Of a DNA stretch of 64,000 nucleotides, positions 1-13,260 are shown piece after piece. The DNA lies in assembly GCF_041956535.1 (NCBI RefSeq), contig NW_027192206.1, positions 98,012 through 162,011 on the forward strand. The letters run 5' to 3'. How positions within the stretch are numbered: the stretch's first letter is position 1; each line of letters begins with the position of its first letter. The stretch is from Calcarisporiella thermophila CBS 279.70 (taxonomy: Eukaryota; Fungi; Calcarisporiellomycota). The notes beneath the pieces were generated by a model that saw nothing but the letters and a program-made list of their open reading frames with translations, did not search any database and had not been told where the DNA came from. A program made the position numbers and the translations under genes.

Positions 1-1195
1 GCCTCCTTCAAGCGGCGACAGCACACGCGCAGTGCAAGGCGGTGCATATCCTCCCAGGCCACTCCGGGCTTGATCGCATCAATGACCGCTTGCTGCATCT
101 CCAGCACGGTCTCGTAGATGATGCGCTGCTCCTCGGTAAACTTACCGTTGACAGGATAGGTGCTGGATAATATAACGTGTGGATAATGCGAATTAGATAA
201 ACGCGGCGGTTAGGGTTCTTGATGTCCTGGGGGGAGAGAAAAACAACACAAGGGGCCTACCGGGTAATGTCAGCCGCATAGCACTGGTATTCACCGCCGG
301 CATCCACCAGCAACATCTGGCCATCGCCCAAGGGCGCCGAATTGTCCACATAGTGCAGCACGGCCGTGTTCTCGCCGCAGCCCACGATCGGATTGTAGGC
401 TGGGAATTTGGCGCCCTTGCGCGCGCACTCGTACCGGAAGAGGGCGTCCAAGTCATTTTCCGATTTGCCGTTGCGCACGGCCCGCATCAGTGCCACGTGT
501 GCATCGGACGAGACATGGTTTACAAAGCGCATCAGCTCAATCTCGTGCTCGTCCTTGGTAAGGCGAGCCTCCTGGGACGCGTGCACCAGGGAGTCCGTAT
601 TAATGGCCATACGGTGGTTGCTGAGCGCAGAGACGTCTGTGAAGGGGAGGGTGTGGATCACCTCGGGCTGCGCGGAGTCGAGCAGAGCGGGAAGCTGTGC
701 CTCATAGACCATGTCGTCGGCCTCGTACTGGGACTTGAGTTCATCGATTGAGGGAGGGGCTCCGCACCACACAATCTCGTCCTCATGAACATCGGGCACG
801 ATGATGGTGAGCTTATCAGCCGCAAGATCGTAGAGGAGGTGGAATCCGGGCTTGTTAATGCCTATTTACCGAGCAATAGAAAGAAAGATTAGAAAAATTC
901 GGAGTCGAAAGGTAGAGACATGAAAGCAATGGAAAGGCAGGGAAGCAAGTACCGGTGAGGTATTGGAAATTGGATTCCTGACGGAATGGTAGCTCGAGCT
1001 GAATGGAAAGAGAAGGGTTAGTGTCGAGCCATCTTGTACGGCAAATTCGCACAGGGTTCCTACATCGGTATCGTGGCGGCAGCGAGTCACCTCACCGCGT
1101 AGGTAGAAGAATCCTTTCTTCTCGCCAAGCTGTGCAGCCACCTTCTGGCAGTGCTTCTTGGCGGGATACTTTTGGCTTTGGGCTAGGAGAGGCAT
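1..1195 (-). CDS. Xaa-Pro aminopeptidase/prolidase (M24B), 3' end runs off the window
   Basis: Exons 1195-1064, 998-953, 861-261 and 162-<1 with GT-AG introns. Motifs [52 protein letters not shown]. Confidence 0.9.
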
Positions 1196-1630
1196 GAGAG
1201 TCGAGGGTGCGAGAAATTTGTCAGAATGTCGCGGAATGAAAGAGCCTGGGCGCGAGTGGTGAATTTCATACGCAAGGCCGAATTTACAGTTCTGAGCTCG
1301 TGGGAAAGCGAGGCTAAGCCTCCAAAAATAAACTTAGATAGGTCTAATGCCTTGGCTGAGTTGGCTTGTAGCGGGAGCATGATGACGAGAGTGGATTGGG
1401 GAGGGAGGATTTTGACTTCAGAGCAAAGAGAGGAAAGGGCGGCCTTGACAAAAGGATATGCATCATAGACATTGTTTAAAATATAGGGGAAACATTATAT
1501 ATATATACTATAAACCCAAAACAGTCATCAATAAACACAATACAGGTAATGTTTAGGAAGCGTTCTAAATTTTGTCTTTGTTAGTTTTTTTTTTTCTCTT
1601 CTTGCTTTTGCTCCATCGCGGACCGCCGAT

Positions 1631-2757
1631 TTACCAGCCGCGCTTCGCCATCTTCTGCTCGTCAGGCAGGGTGCTGCAGTTGATGCCGACCATGGGCTCC
1701 CCTAGATCCTCGGAGATCTCGGCCAACTTCACGGGGTCGTTGTAGTGGGTCACGGCCTGGACGATAGCGCGCGCACGCTTCACCGGGTCGCCCGACTTGA
1801 AGATGCCGGATCCAACAAACACTCCGTCGCATCCGAGCTGCATCATCATGGCGGCATCCGCAGGAGTAGCGACACCACCGGCGGCGAAGTTCACCACGGG
1901 GAGACGACCGAGGCGAGCGGTCTCCTTGAGCAAGTGGAAGGGAGCCTGCAGTTCCTTCGCGTAGGAGTAGAGCTCCTCCTCGGACATGGCGGAAGCACGG
2001 CGGATCTCTGCATTCACGGTGCGCATGTGCCTTACGGCTTCCACCACATTGCCAGTTCCAGCCTCACCCTTGGTGCGGATCATAGCGGCGCCCTCGCCAA
2101 TTCGTCGCAGGGCCTCTCCCAGGTTCTTAGCCCCGCATACGAAGGGAACCTTGAAGGTCTGCTTGTTGACATGGTGCTGCTCGTCTGCCGGGGTCAATAC
2201 CTCAGATTCATCAATGTAATCGATGCCAATTGCCTCAAGAATCTTCGAGATTTACGCCGGAGAGCAGGGGGAGAGAGAGGTAAACAAAAGGGGGACAATG
2301 AGTCATACAATCCATGGTTAACATGGCAATAGTAATCATGAAGGTACCTGGGCCTCGACGAAGTGACCAATGCGCACTTTAGCCATCACTGGAATGGTGA
2401 CGGCCTCTTTGATCTCCTTGATCATTTTGGGATCCGACATGCGTGCAACTCCTCCCTCCTTTCGGATGTCGGCGGGGACCCGCTCCAGGGCCATGACGGC
2501 GCATGCACCGGCCTCCTCGGCAATGCGGGCCTGCTCAGGATTGACGACATCCATGATGACTCCACCCTACATAGATCGGCCGACATTGATCAGCGAAAAA
2601 GAACGATGTTTATCAAGATGAATTGTTTGTTTAATTTACTTGCCTTTAACATTTGTGCAAGACCCGTCTTGACGTTGAAAGTTCCCTGGGAAGCATTCCC
2701 ATTGAGGGCGGCGTCGGATGTGAGATTGGCGGGGATGGAGAAGTTCTGGGTCGACAT
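1631..2757 (-). CDS. PDX1: Pyridoxal 5'-phosphate synthase subunit PDX1/SNZ
   Basis: Exons 2757-2644, 2566-2348 and 2242-1631. Motifs [64 protein letters not shown]. The first intron is GC-AG. Confidence 0.96.
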
Positions 2758-4493
2758 TGGAGATGGGATGAAAACACAAGGTGTGAGAAAGTAGGGGGAG
2801 ATACTGGACGAGGGGAGAGAATATTTATAATTTCGAACAAATGAAAACAAGCGCGGGAATTTAAGTTGCTCTCTGATTTCCGGTGGCGGTCGCAGATGTA
2901 AAGTTGACAACGTTTGTGTCAAAATCCATCACATAATGGGTATTGGCCACAGGAATACTCATCTCTTCTTCAGCGCTTTTGCGGTTCCTGCATTTGGTTA
3001 TCAAACAAAACTTGTTAGTCATCCGATGGATAAACATCCCCTTGCCCCTCCCCCTCCCCTCGTGAGCGCTACACGGCTGCATATCACAGGACCTCCATTG
3101 AAAGCAACGCAGCCAAGCAACTCCGGCCTTCTATTAAAAAATCAAGTGGCTCCAAAATTAACTTTTCCTTCATTTCGGGGAGTTCGAAGGCTGGCTCCTG
3201 CCTCAGGCCTTATTCTCGGGTTCGACTAAACCGCACGTCATGGCCATCCTCTTCTTCGACCAAGGTTCGGCTTCATTCTCAGCGGCCCACTCTTGGCCGA
3301 ACTCGGGAGCCATCAGCATCTAATGGAAATTGAATGCGTGGTAGGCTAAATTTAGACGAAGCGTTATGAGAAGTATAAGGAAAGCATATGCCCTATAAAC
3401 TTTTGGGAATGAGTAAGCTTAATATGTCACGTTTGCATGTATGATGGAGCGGGCATCAACAGGGATTGAATAACCGTGGGAATTTTACAAGCCTGAAGGT
3501 GGATGAGCCCTCTCGGATCAAGATGAAAGCAATGGAACATCCTGCCCCTCGGGTTAATGGACACTGCTTGTCTCGACTCTGCCTATAGCCAAGTGGGAGA
3601 GTTATTTTTATTCTGTATGCTAGGGTGTATATCAAGCATGCAAGTTGGAGCTGGCGGGTGAATCGGAAGATGAACCGATGCTGCTTGGTGTCTTCTGCCC
3701 TCCTTAAATTGACGTGGATAGTTGTGTCGTGTTCCAGCTCTACTTATCCAATCCACCACTACGATGCTTCCCAGCCAGTTTACCATGTCCCCTTAAGCTA
3801 AGCCAGACCCATCCCATACACACTCCATTTTGTTTTTCGGTATTATGATGAAACAATCCGAGACGTCTTTTAGCGATACACAATGTTCATCACGCAGAGC
3901 TTTGATGAATATTGAATTTTTCCGAGCTTTGTCGAATACTCGCCTGCTATTCTTCTTATCATATTAATTATTTCCACTTGATTCGGTGCAACTCTCTTAC
4001 CATCTTGGGCAGCCTCACCTCCCATCCATGACTGCATGATGAAGAGGATTACTAAACTGCATTGGCTAGCTCGGCCGGCTTTCGGAGTGACGAGAGGATC
4101 AGATAGCATCTCAAATCAGGAACGCTAAGATGGTGGAAAGGGAGGGTGTCTACATGGACCGCTTCGACAGAGAGGAAGCATCCAAACTGGAGGACTTATG
4201 GACCCAGCATTGCCTTTCTTCTTTAAGCAACCGATGTTTCAGATGCTTGACAAAACTGATACATCTGAATTTGAATGCCTTGCCTTTCACCTATCTATAT
4301 TACGCTCCTCATTATCCAAATTGCACGCTGATAGGGTACCTGGGCCATCCCTTCGATGAAAATCTCCAAAATGTCTTTGATTTCTGATGGTCAATTATTC
4401 ATGTCCTACCCTAACATCTCAAGTTTATTCTCCCTCCCTTCACCTTCATTTCTCCTTTATTAACTTTCTTTCCTCCTTTCCTCTCGCCTCTCC

Positions 4494-4502
4494 CCTATAT
4501 AA
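4494..4502 (+). promoter_or_regulatory. TATA-like element (CCTATATAA) of the CAP gene
   Basis: About 160 nt upstream of ATG 4663 and followed by a pyrimidine-rich leader. Confidence 0.55.
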
Positions 4503-4662
4503 CCGGAAGATCCTTTCCTTTCGTTTCCTTTTCTTTCCTTAACCATCCCCGCATCCCGCCTTCTCTCCCTTCCCCTCCCTTCCCCTCCTTCATACCTAAT
4601 TTATCTCTTTTTATTTGGCAAGCCTTCGCTCCTTATTTTTTTTTTACTTTTTTATTATCACC

Positions 4663-5619
4663 ATGATGAAGCTCTCTGCCACTGGTCTGGCTCTCGGCTT
4701 CCTTATGGCCGCCTTCCATGCGCCTCAGCCCGTCGCTTCGCTATCGCAGGGCGATATTGCCACTATCCTCGACGCTCACAACCGTCTCCGCGCCCGCCAC
4801 GGGGCTCCCCCGCTCACCTGGAGCGATTCCCTGGCGAATGCGGCCCAGTCCTGGGCCAACCAGTGCCGCATGGAGCACAGCCACGGAAAGTTCGGCGAGA
4901 ACCTGGCGTGGGGGTCGTCGAGCTGGCGGGCGGCGGTAGAGGAGAGTTGGTACAAGGGCGAGATCGGAGCGTTCAATTTCGCCAAGGCCCAATTCTCGCT
5001 GAACACTGGGCACTTCACGCAGATTGTCTGGCGCGACACGAAGAGGATCGGGTGCGGATTCAATCCTTGCCCCAGCCTGCCGATTCATCCCATGTACGTC
5101 TGCGAGTACGATCCCCCCGGTAAGTACCTCCCCCTCTCTGATGGAGTGAAGGGACGATGACCGAGGCGTGTTTTTGTTTTTCCACTAGGCAATGTCATTG
5201 GGGCCTTCGCGCAGAATGTGCTCCGTCCGCTCTCCTCCATCGGCATCGGAGGAGCAAGACTGAGCGGGGGGACTGGAGGCAAGGTCCAGAACGCTCCCGC
5301 GCCCCCGCAGGCCAAGCCCGCGGCCACCAAGCCCTCTAACCCAAAGGGGGAGATTCAGCGAAACCCCGCCAACCGGCCGCAGCAAGGAACCGCTCCGGTG
5401 CAGACGGTGGTCAAGACCGCGAAGCCGGTGGTGGTAGTGGTGAAAGCCCGCCCGCAAGGCTATGCGAAGAAGGCGAAGAAGGCGAAGAAAGGCAAGGGAA
5501 AACGGCCCAAGGCCAAAGGAAGAAAGATGAAAAACAAGGGCGCGCACGCCTCTAAGCCTTACCGCTCCAGGCATTACGGCTATCGCCGCGTGCGCGCCCA
5601 CCCTCGCACTGGCTTGTGA
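4663..5619 (+). CDS. Secreted CAP/SCP/PR-1 (Pry-like) protein with a long basic C-terminal tail
   Basis: Signal peptide. Motifs HNRLRARHG, GENLAWG, GHFTQIVW, IGCG, CEYDPPGN. Intron 5120-5188 joins to the Lys/Arg-rich exon ending at 5619. Confidence 0.9.
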
Positions 5620-6681
5620 GGGCGTCGCGCTGGCGCTTCACCATAGGGGTCTGGGACCGTGGTGACTTTTGTAGCGACTAATCTTAACGGACGTAATGTA
5701 ATCTAATATATAAAGTTCATTGGATCATGGAAGGATGAGGGGCTTCTGCTTTGCGCTTCTCCAAACCTGCTGGGTTCACGCCCTCTCTCCCTCAGGGGCT
5801 GGCCAAGCTAGTCAGCCTGAAATAAACAAACATCAGGTCATTACACAACAAGAGAGCGAGGAGGGACATGGTAACGTTACAGTGAGAGAAAAAAAAACAG
5901 CCCTCCATCCTTGCACACGAAACTTTGTGTCTTGTCAGGTTCGTGGATTTTCCGAGGAATTGTTTGTCACGCAAAGAGATGGGGAAGAGCGAGCGAGGAG
6001 AAATCGCCGCACCAGTAGCTGATTGCTGAACCCAACCTTATCCTCCACGTTTTTTGCATCTTGTCTCACGGCGAGGACGAATATGGATGCGAGGGTTACC
6101 ATCGCTGACCGGGTAAGCCAGCGATGCTAAGGGGGGGGGGGGGCAGAGGTGCTGGTGCGAGCGGGCGAGAGGGGGCATTCCCGAATCAAAAACGCCCAAT
6201 GGCCCCGGCTCGATTCGATGGATTTGCAGGCCTCGGATCCGTCTAAGCAATAAAAGCGCATCGCTGAGCTGAGATCGGTTCCCCCTCCTCGAGATCCTAC
6301 AGACACTGGTACACGAAGCTTCTCCGCTTTAACGTCACCTTCCCCTTCTCCCGCCCTCTCCCTTCCCTATTCAGGCATTACGTAGGGAAATTGCTTATTC
6401 GGGAGGAGGGGGGGGGGAGGGGAGTTAGGCAGAAAAAATACTATTCTTGGAAAAAAATTATATATTTCAAATAAAAAGAAATAGGAGAAATAGACAATAG
6501 TACTGTTCCCGGACCTTATGTACAAACAGAAAATGGAATAATAAAAAAAGGGGAGAATCATGACAAAACAATTAGGGGAGAAATCAAGTGCAAAATCACG
6601 AGAAATAACATTAAAAGAGGAGAAAAGAAACCAATGATGAAAGCGGCATGATGACGGAGGAGAGGAAAAAAGGGAGATACT

Positions 6682-7086
6682 CTATGGCACCAGCCCGCCG
6701 GGTTGGCGCGATTGCCGGGGCTGGGAGGAAGAGGGGGGGGGCGGGGGCGGAGGCGGTGGCATAAAGGCCTCCAGACCCCATACTGCGTTGGAGCGGCGAT
6801 GGGTGCGACGCAGATGTTTTGACAAGGGAGGAGAGGAGACCGAAGGCGGCGAGAGGGGTCTGGAGGTTGCAGGCGAGGATGGCACCGGAGACGAAATGAC
6901 TCCTACGGAGGGGGAGGAGGTGGTGGTGGTGGCAGAGGAGGTCAGATTCGATGGCATACCGCTCACGTAGCGAGGATCGAGTGTGTAAGTTTTACAATGT
7001 GATGCGCAAGATTTGTAACCGCTGTAGAGTGGACGGCGATGATCATAATGGTAGGAGGGGTACCCGACGGTCTGCGATTGAAACAT
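6682..7086 (-). CDS. Orphan Ser/Pro-rich protein (~134 aa)
   Basis: Intronless ORF from ATG 7086 with a pyrimidine-rich leader and a T-rich 3' region like neighbouring genes. No recognisable domain. Confidence 0.5.
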   Translation of the reverse strand: MFQSQTVGYPSYHYDHRRPLYSGYKSCASHCKTYTLDPRYVSGMPSNLTSSATTTTSSPSVGVISSPVPSSPATSRPLSPPSVSSPPLSKHLRRTHRRSNAVWGLEAFMPPPPPPPPPSSSQPRQSRQPGGLVP

Positions 7087-9818
7087 GTAGAAGGGTGGGT
7101 TTGCGAGGCCTCTCGGGTGCAAGCGAATGGATGTAATCAAATCGAGTGGATGGTAGCACGGCAATGAGGAGGGCGAATTCAGGGCCAAGCGTCAAATGGA
7201 GAGATGACTAACAAAGCAGAAATGCCCCGTAATGGGTAGAGATGCCAATGATGGCTAGCAGCAGTGAGGGGGCACAGGGCTGTTGTCGACAAGATGGGGG
7301 GGGGGGACGGTGGAAGGCCGGCGAGCGGGCTAAATGGGCTCTTGATGGAGGGAGAAGCAGTGAGGAGAAGATGGGCGAAGAAGAAAAAACAAATTCAATC
7401 AAAGCGACGGCTGAGCAGAGCGGCTACAGGGCGGCGAGGGCAATATCTGGCGAGGGTCAGCAGGGGCGACTATGGCTCGACCTTTGGCAAAATAATGGCG
7501 AGGGCGGAGGGAGGCAGGAGAAGGCGGAAAAACGGTTCAGACGGCCGCTGCAAATTTTTGGGGAGAAGAAAAAGAAAAAAGAGAAAAAAAAAAGCAAAGA
7601 AAAGCAACGTCGATCGCCCACTCTCGCGCGCAAGCTGTGGAACATTGTAGGATCTTCAAGTTTAGCATGAGATCGGCACACATCCCAGCACGGAATAACT
7701 GAACAAATTCAGACGTTTCTCGTGAGTCATCCGGCTAACATTCTTATTAACCCGGACATAACAGTGCAGGAGGAGCATATGGTTTCGGGCGGCTCTCCCT
7801 CTCCTCCTCCCCCCTCGCTCTTTCGTCATGGTTGCAGGTCTTGATTTTTTTTACAACCGAGTACTAGCAAAGCATAATCTAATTTCCGTTCCAATGGAAC
7901 ACCCGGCCCAGCAGCCGGCCCGGTGCTCTCGCTCTGTTGTCGCAGAGTCGAGGCCCTTTCGCCTCCCCGCGCCGCACGGCAAGGCATTGCAGAGCCTTCC
8001 GGGGACGGCCTTTGTTTCTGGCTCATAGGGGCTTGCCCCCACCGCCCAGCGATCAACCATTTTGCTGGGAGATCTCGGGCGGAAAAAGGAAAGCGGCCAG
8101 GATGGGCGGCAACCTGTCTCTCCAAGCAGGTACAAAGCTAAAATTATCCTCAGACCACAAAATTTCCGGTTCCCACCCAACGCTTCGCAGTCCAGTCAAA
8201 AGCGCGCTCGTTTCATGGCCCTCGTGCAAGGCCTGTTCTGGCTGGAAAGCCGCCGCAGAAACGCTCGCCTCGCGCCTTCCATCCCTGTATCGCCTTCCAC
8301 AAGCGTGGGGCGGCCCCCGCAGGACGCCTTCAGCAGGCGGGGCCCGGAAACGTTTACCCATGGCTGCATGAACGTCGGGTAATCTCTCATCCTGGCGGCT
8401 GCGGATGGGCAAGCGGGCTCCCCTCCCACTCATGGACCAGCTGTCACGATGGATAGAACCAGCGCTCAGTCCTCTCTGAGCCTAATCGAGGGCCTCGATT
8501 TCCGCATGTGGTGATGCTCCTGCGGACTCCTGCAGGCTGAAGCCGGAGATTGACTTGGTTTTGGTCAAGCCAAGCCTCTCCGCTTCCCTTCCCCCCGTCT
8601 GAAACTTTCTAGAAGTGCAGGAGGCTGATCGCAGATGGCTTTTAATTAACTTTTCATGTTCCAAAGCGGTTTGGGCTTTGTTTTGCTTTCCTTAAGCGGG
8701 GCGTCCGCGCATATGTTTCATACTAACAGCTCGCAAATGGATCTTCGGTCCCCACCCACTCTTGTTCAGTAAGCCCACGGAAAGTCAACCGGGCTTTGGC
8801 AAACCACATGGTTGGGGATTGCGCCAACGCTTACAAATCTGCAGCCGGAGATGAGCGGGAGGGGGGATTGAAGAGAGAAGGAGGCCGCCGCCCCCTCACA
8901 TGATGAAACACCACCTTGTTGGAGCGATCACCCCCCCTCCCCCGGATCCCCGCCCAGCCGACACACGCGCAACTCCACACCATGCAGCTCTTAATATTCA
9001 CCGTGCAAATTAGCTTTGTTAGAGAACGGTGGCTTATTAGAGGCCCTGTATCATGACATTGAAGGTTCTGGTGGCACGCCCCTCCATCCCTCGGGCGTCG
9101 GAAACGAGGTAGCGCTAGCAGGGGTTGCGCACACAAGCAATGACCTCATCCTCTCCGCGATGACACAATGGTGGAGGCATGGCATGGTCATTGCAACCAC
9201 TCGCGATGAGACGCAGGGGTGATTTGCCAGCCCGTGGTTGGCTCACGGCCCGACCGACCATAGGGGTTGAATTTGTATCCGTGATGCCCTATGTATCGGC
9301 TATTTTTCCATTTTATGAAGTGTGTATTCTGTTTGCACTCTGATGCAACGCTGGTCGGGCTCCAGAACAAATTATGCATGTTGAAGTGAATTTTTTTCTA
9401 CATGAAAAATAAAATTTTCTCGATGGGAAGGGATGGGGAGGATGCGACGTTGAACTCAACGCTGCTATGTATTCACACCCGTGCTTGTCGAGTAGCTAAC
9501 CGCTCCCGTTCCATGTCGCCAAAAATCTCCTCTACAGCTCAGCTAGAAGTGTCGTGTGCTTAGGGGGTGGGGAAAAAAAAATTGTCTTGTCGTGCTGGTA
9601 GATCCATGGGATAGTCCTTTCATTATTTCTATTATAGAGAGAATATTTCTAATATACACAGTCCGATTCTAATAACAAATCTGAAGGGATGGGGGTAAAT
9701 ACATTCGAAAATATTAGGAGGAAAAAATAAAATAAAATAAAATAAACGGAGTTAGGGAGGCGAGCGGTTAGAAAAGCGCGACAAGCATGATTAAGAGTGG
9801 TGTGAAGTAGGGTAGGAG

Positions 9819-11273
9819 TTATGAGGGCGGGCTGAGCGTATGCTCACTGGCGGCTGTTTTTTTGTGCTCAAGTTTGTCGACCTTCTCCATGGCTAGCTCA
9901 CTGTCCTTGCCGTTTGATTCCGTGATGCTTGCAATGACAAAGAGAGCTACCGGCAGCGACACGACCAGCAAAACAAAGTTGATGATGATCTGGGTCAGGT
10001 AGTTCACCCCGTGGCCATCGATACTCCATGCAATGGCGGCTCCGGCGGACTGGAAGCTCTTGTAGAATCCGGCAAAGCGGGACAGCATCTGGGAGTCCGA
10101 GGTAAGCGAGCCAAGCACCCAGTAGCAGAAGACCTGCCATAGGGCATCGTTCAAGCCGTAGAGCGCATAGAGCACGAAGGCGCCGCCGAAGCGGCGGTCG
10201 GTCCAGTCCACGGCGGGCGAGGGCTGGTTACGCTCATAGGTCACCTGGAAGGCAACTCCTCCGGCCCACGTCGGCAGCAAGACCAGGCAGACGATGGCGA
10301 GCCCGAGATAGCCACGGGTCCGACGGCTCCACCGCGGGGAGTCCAGGAACATGCCGAAGAGGGCGGCCCCCAGAATCTGCATGCCCCAGTAGATCACGTT
10401 GTTAAGCGAGCGAGTGCGCACGTTGAAGTAGAAGCCGTTGACCGCATTGAACTGGTAGGTGTAGAAGAAGTTGCTCGAGAAGCACATGGGGATGAGGACG
10501 AGCAGCTTCCAGTTCGTGAGCAGCTTCAGGATGGCAATGGTTTCGGCCTTCCAGTCGGGGTACTTCACCACCGCCACCATGGAGCCGTCATCGCGCACCA
10601 CCTTGTGGGGCGGGAGCAGGGTCAGCGTGAGCATGCCTCCCAACGCCATCACCACAATGAACGCAATGTAGGTCTCGTTGCTGACGGAGCCGGCGGAGGT
10701 CTGCCGGAGGTTGATGATCAGGGGGATGATGCCGCCGATCACTCCTCCGATGTTGAAGATAGCCCAGAAGATTGAGATGTAGCGACCCTTGTTGCGCTCG
10801 TCAGGATAGCTCATCATCATAGCTCCCTGAGCGGCCCAGAGCATGCCTGCGCACACCCCAAGGATGGCGCCCGAGGCCACCACAAAGCCGCCATTGCTGG
10901 TGATGTTGTAGCAGAGGAGAGAGCCGGCATAGAGCACGTATCCAAGGGTGCCGATGAGCAGGGTGAGTCGGGGTCCGAGAAGATTGTTGATACCGCCACT
11001 GAAGAAACCGAAGATACTGAAGCAGGCGTAGAGGGCAGCGTTGGCTCTGTCGACAACAGTGTGATCCACTTGACCTCCACCTCCCATGCCTATACACACC
11101 CACCGAAAAGTACAAGGGCGATAACCGAGTTAGCAAACTTGTCAAGTTGGGTTCGGAAGAGGGCGAGTTTTCTGGACATTACCTTGCAAGGCATTAAACA
11201 TGCCCGGACAGCAGAAGCAAACAAGCCCCACCAAAATGATTTGGTATAGGGACCGGTTGTAGTTTTGGAACAT
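9819..11273 (-). CDS. UNC-93-like MFS transporter (Ngt1/NOPE1 GlcNAc-transporter family), copy 1
   Basis: Exon 1 (11273-11183) reads MFQNYNRSLYQIILVGLVCFCCPGMFNALQG. Intron 11182-11090. Exon 2 carries MGGGGQ..NAALY, LWAAQGAMMMSYP, GFYKSFQSAGAAIAW. About 12 TM segments. Confidence 0.9.
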
Positions 11274-13260
11274 GACGATGAGAAAAAAGAGGGTGCCTCC
11301 CAAACCTGAAGAAGAAGAAGAAGAAGAAGGAGAGTGTGTTGTTGATTCCACAAGCACAGTAGAGAAGGAGGGGGGAGAAGGCCTGGGAAAGCAAAGAAGA
11401 GGACTGGAAACGGGGGAGGGGGGGAAACGAAAGACAATGACAAATATAAACAAATGAAGACCAACTAGAAAAAGAAGTACCGAAAATAGGCAACTATTTA
11501 TAGGCCCGTTGTTTCGCGGGGCAAACATGGCATTCCGCAAGAATCATGGAAAGCATGGTTCGCGGGAACACAAACCGAAGAGCTATTTGTCTTGATTGGT
11601 CTTGGAATTAATGCATGTTTGAGTTGCGTTGATGTCCCGATGATGTCAATTGGAGAGGCTTTTCCGAAGCTTACACACAAAAATTATTAGGGGTGAAGAG
11701 GGGGTTGCGGCTCATCCTTCCAAGGACCAGAGCTGGCTGGGGCGGCCCTTCTCTGCGAAGCCCTTGAGCCGAGACTGGAGGGAGGCGCGCGGTGGTGCAG
11801 AGGGCCTAGAAACGGTCGGGCCAAAGTGGGAAAAGAAAAAAATTAGACTGGTGGCGGAGTTGGCGGCCGTAGAATAGAAGCCCTCTCATTCGGCCGATTC
11901 CCGCTCCTTATTCTCAGGGCCCGCACATAAGGAAATAGGCTAGGGCGGTGAAAGTCTCCGGTTGGTGCCATGAGGTTTGTGTATTGGGGGAAGAGCGGGG
12001 AGGTTCTGTGGTTTTATTCTCTTTTGAGAGTAGGCGCATCATTCATCCACATGAATCTTTGGGGAGAATATACCTAACTGAGTGTAAAGGAGCCAGAGTT
12101 TCCCACGGTAGCTCTTTACAGCTGGTGGGCTCTTCTATAGCTTCTCGAGAGCCTTTCGATGGTTTTGCCAAGGAGATGCAACGTGTCCCTGGTGAAATCT
12201 TTCCCATTTCCTTATTGGAAGGGGGGAGAAAGGCCCTAGGTTAGCCCCGTGGAATACAAGCTGGCCACTAGGTACAAGCCGAAGTTGGCGAGGGGAGGGG
12301 GGAGGGGGAAAGAGGAGGAACTCGGGAGCAATTCGGGACAGCGAAATTAGCCGGCCGAAAATCGTCGGCGAGTGTACCACACTTGCAACGCACGTCAATA
12401 GCTTGGTCAAAGCATATTCCGGGGCCATATCGGCAATTTCCAGTGGTGCCCGGGTGTCCAGTCCTCATGAGTGAAAACCCGAATTGGCATCCACAAACAC
12501 ACCTACACTCTAGGGAAGGGAGAGGGCTCACAATCAATTCAGAGTCAACTGGCGGATTCTGTTTGGAGAGCCAATTCCAGCCTCGCCGTCATCCGCCTAT
12601 GTCGAAGGGCAAATAAGGGTTGGATGGTTTTGGCATCTTTGGCATTAAGGTCTAAGGAGTGCCATTGGAAGTGCAAGTTAATCTGCGGTTTAAATTGGAT
12701 CGAAACAAGCGCATGCAGCCCAGAGTGTGGTTCACATGGGGCCTCCAAATTTGTTGTTTGATCAAGATGTGCGTTCTTAATATCGGATAATTTACTAAAG
12801 CCAATTAATCGCATTTTGTTTCATGTCTGGTCCAATTCCGCAAAATTAGTAAACTGAATTAATGTATTCTTTAGGGTGGAAAGAGACCCCCCTTGTTTTT
12901 TGAAAGCCAGAATTCTAACTATCCTTAAGGACAAAAAAAAGTAGGCTATTTCATCCGTTTTTATTTAACCAAAGCATCAGCCCAAGGGGCTAGAAAAGTG
13001 TACAGGCGACTCTAGTCAAATGCTTTTGTTAGATACAGTTTTGAGATCTCTTTTGTTGAAACTCTAGAGCATTTCAAGTACCGATTATGGTTCGTCATAC
13101 CAAACAGCAGGTGCAGACGACATCCGATGAAGATTATGTGTAGTGTTTCGAGGGAAAAGCTCCAAGGCTCTACCCCAAATCAACAAAGAAATAGATTCGG
13201 AAGCGAGTTGAAGAATCGGGAACCGCAGAATTGTGCCGTCTGATCGACAAGTTTCACAAA

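Noticed and set aside
3150-4400. Coding-like fragments between PDX1 and CAP (similar at 34860-36100 and 41940-42460)
   Set aside because: Multiple stops in all frames and no recognisable family. They may be relics but cannot be supported without a search.
7700-9400. Numerous overlapping 60-140 aa ORFs here and antisense to real genes elsewhere
   Set aside because: No domains or splice structure, and many use non-ATG starts. Such ORFs are expected in GC-rich DNA or as antisense shadows.
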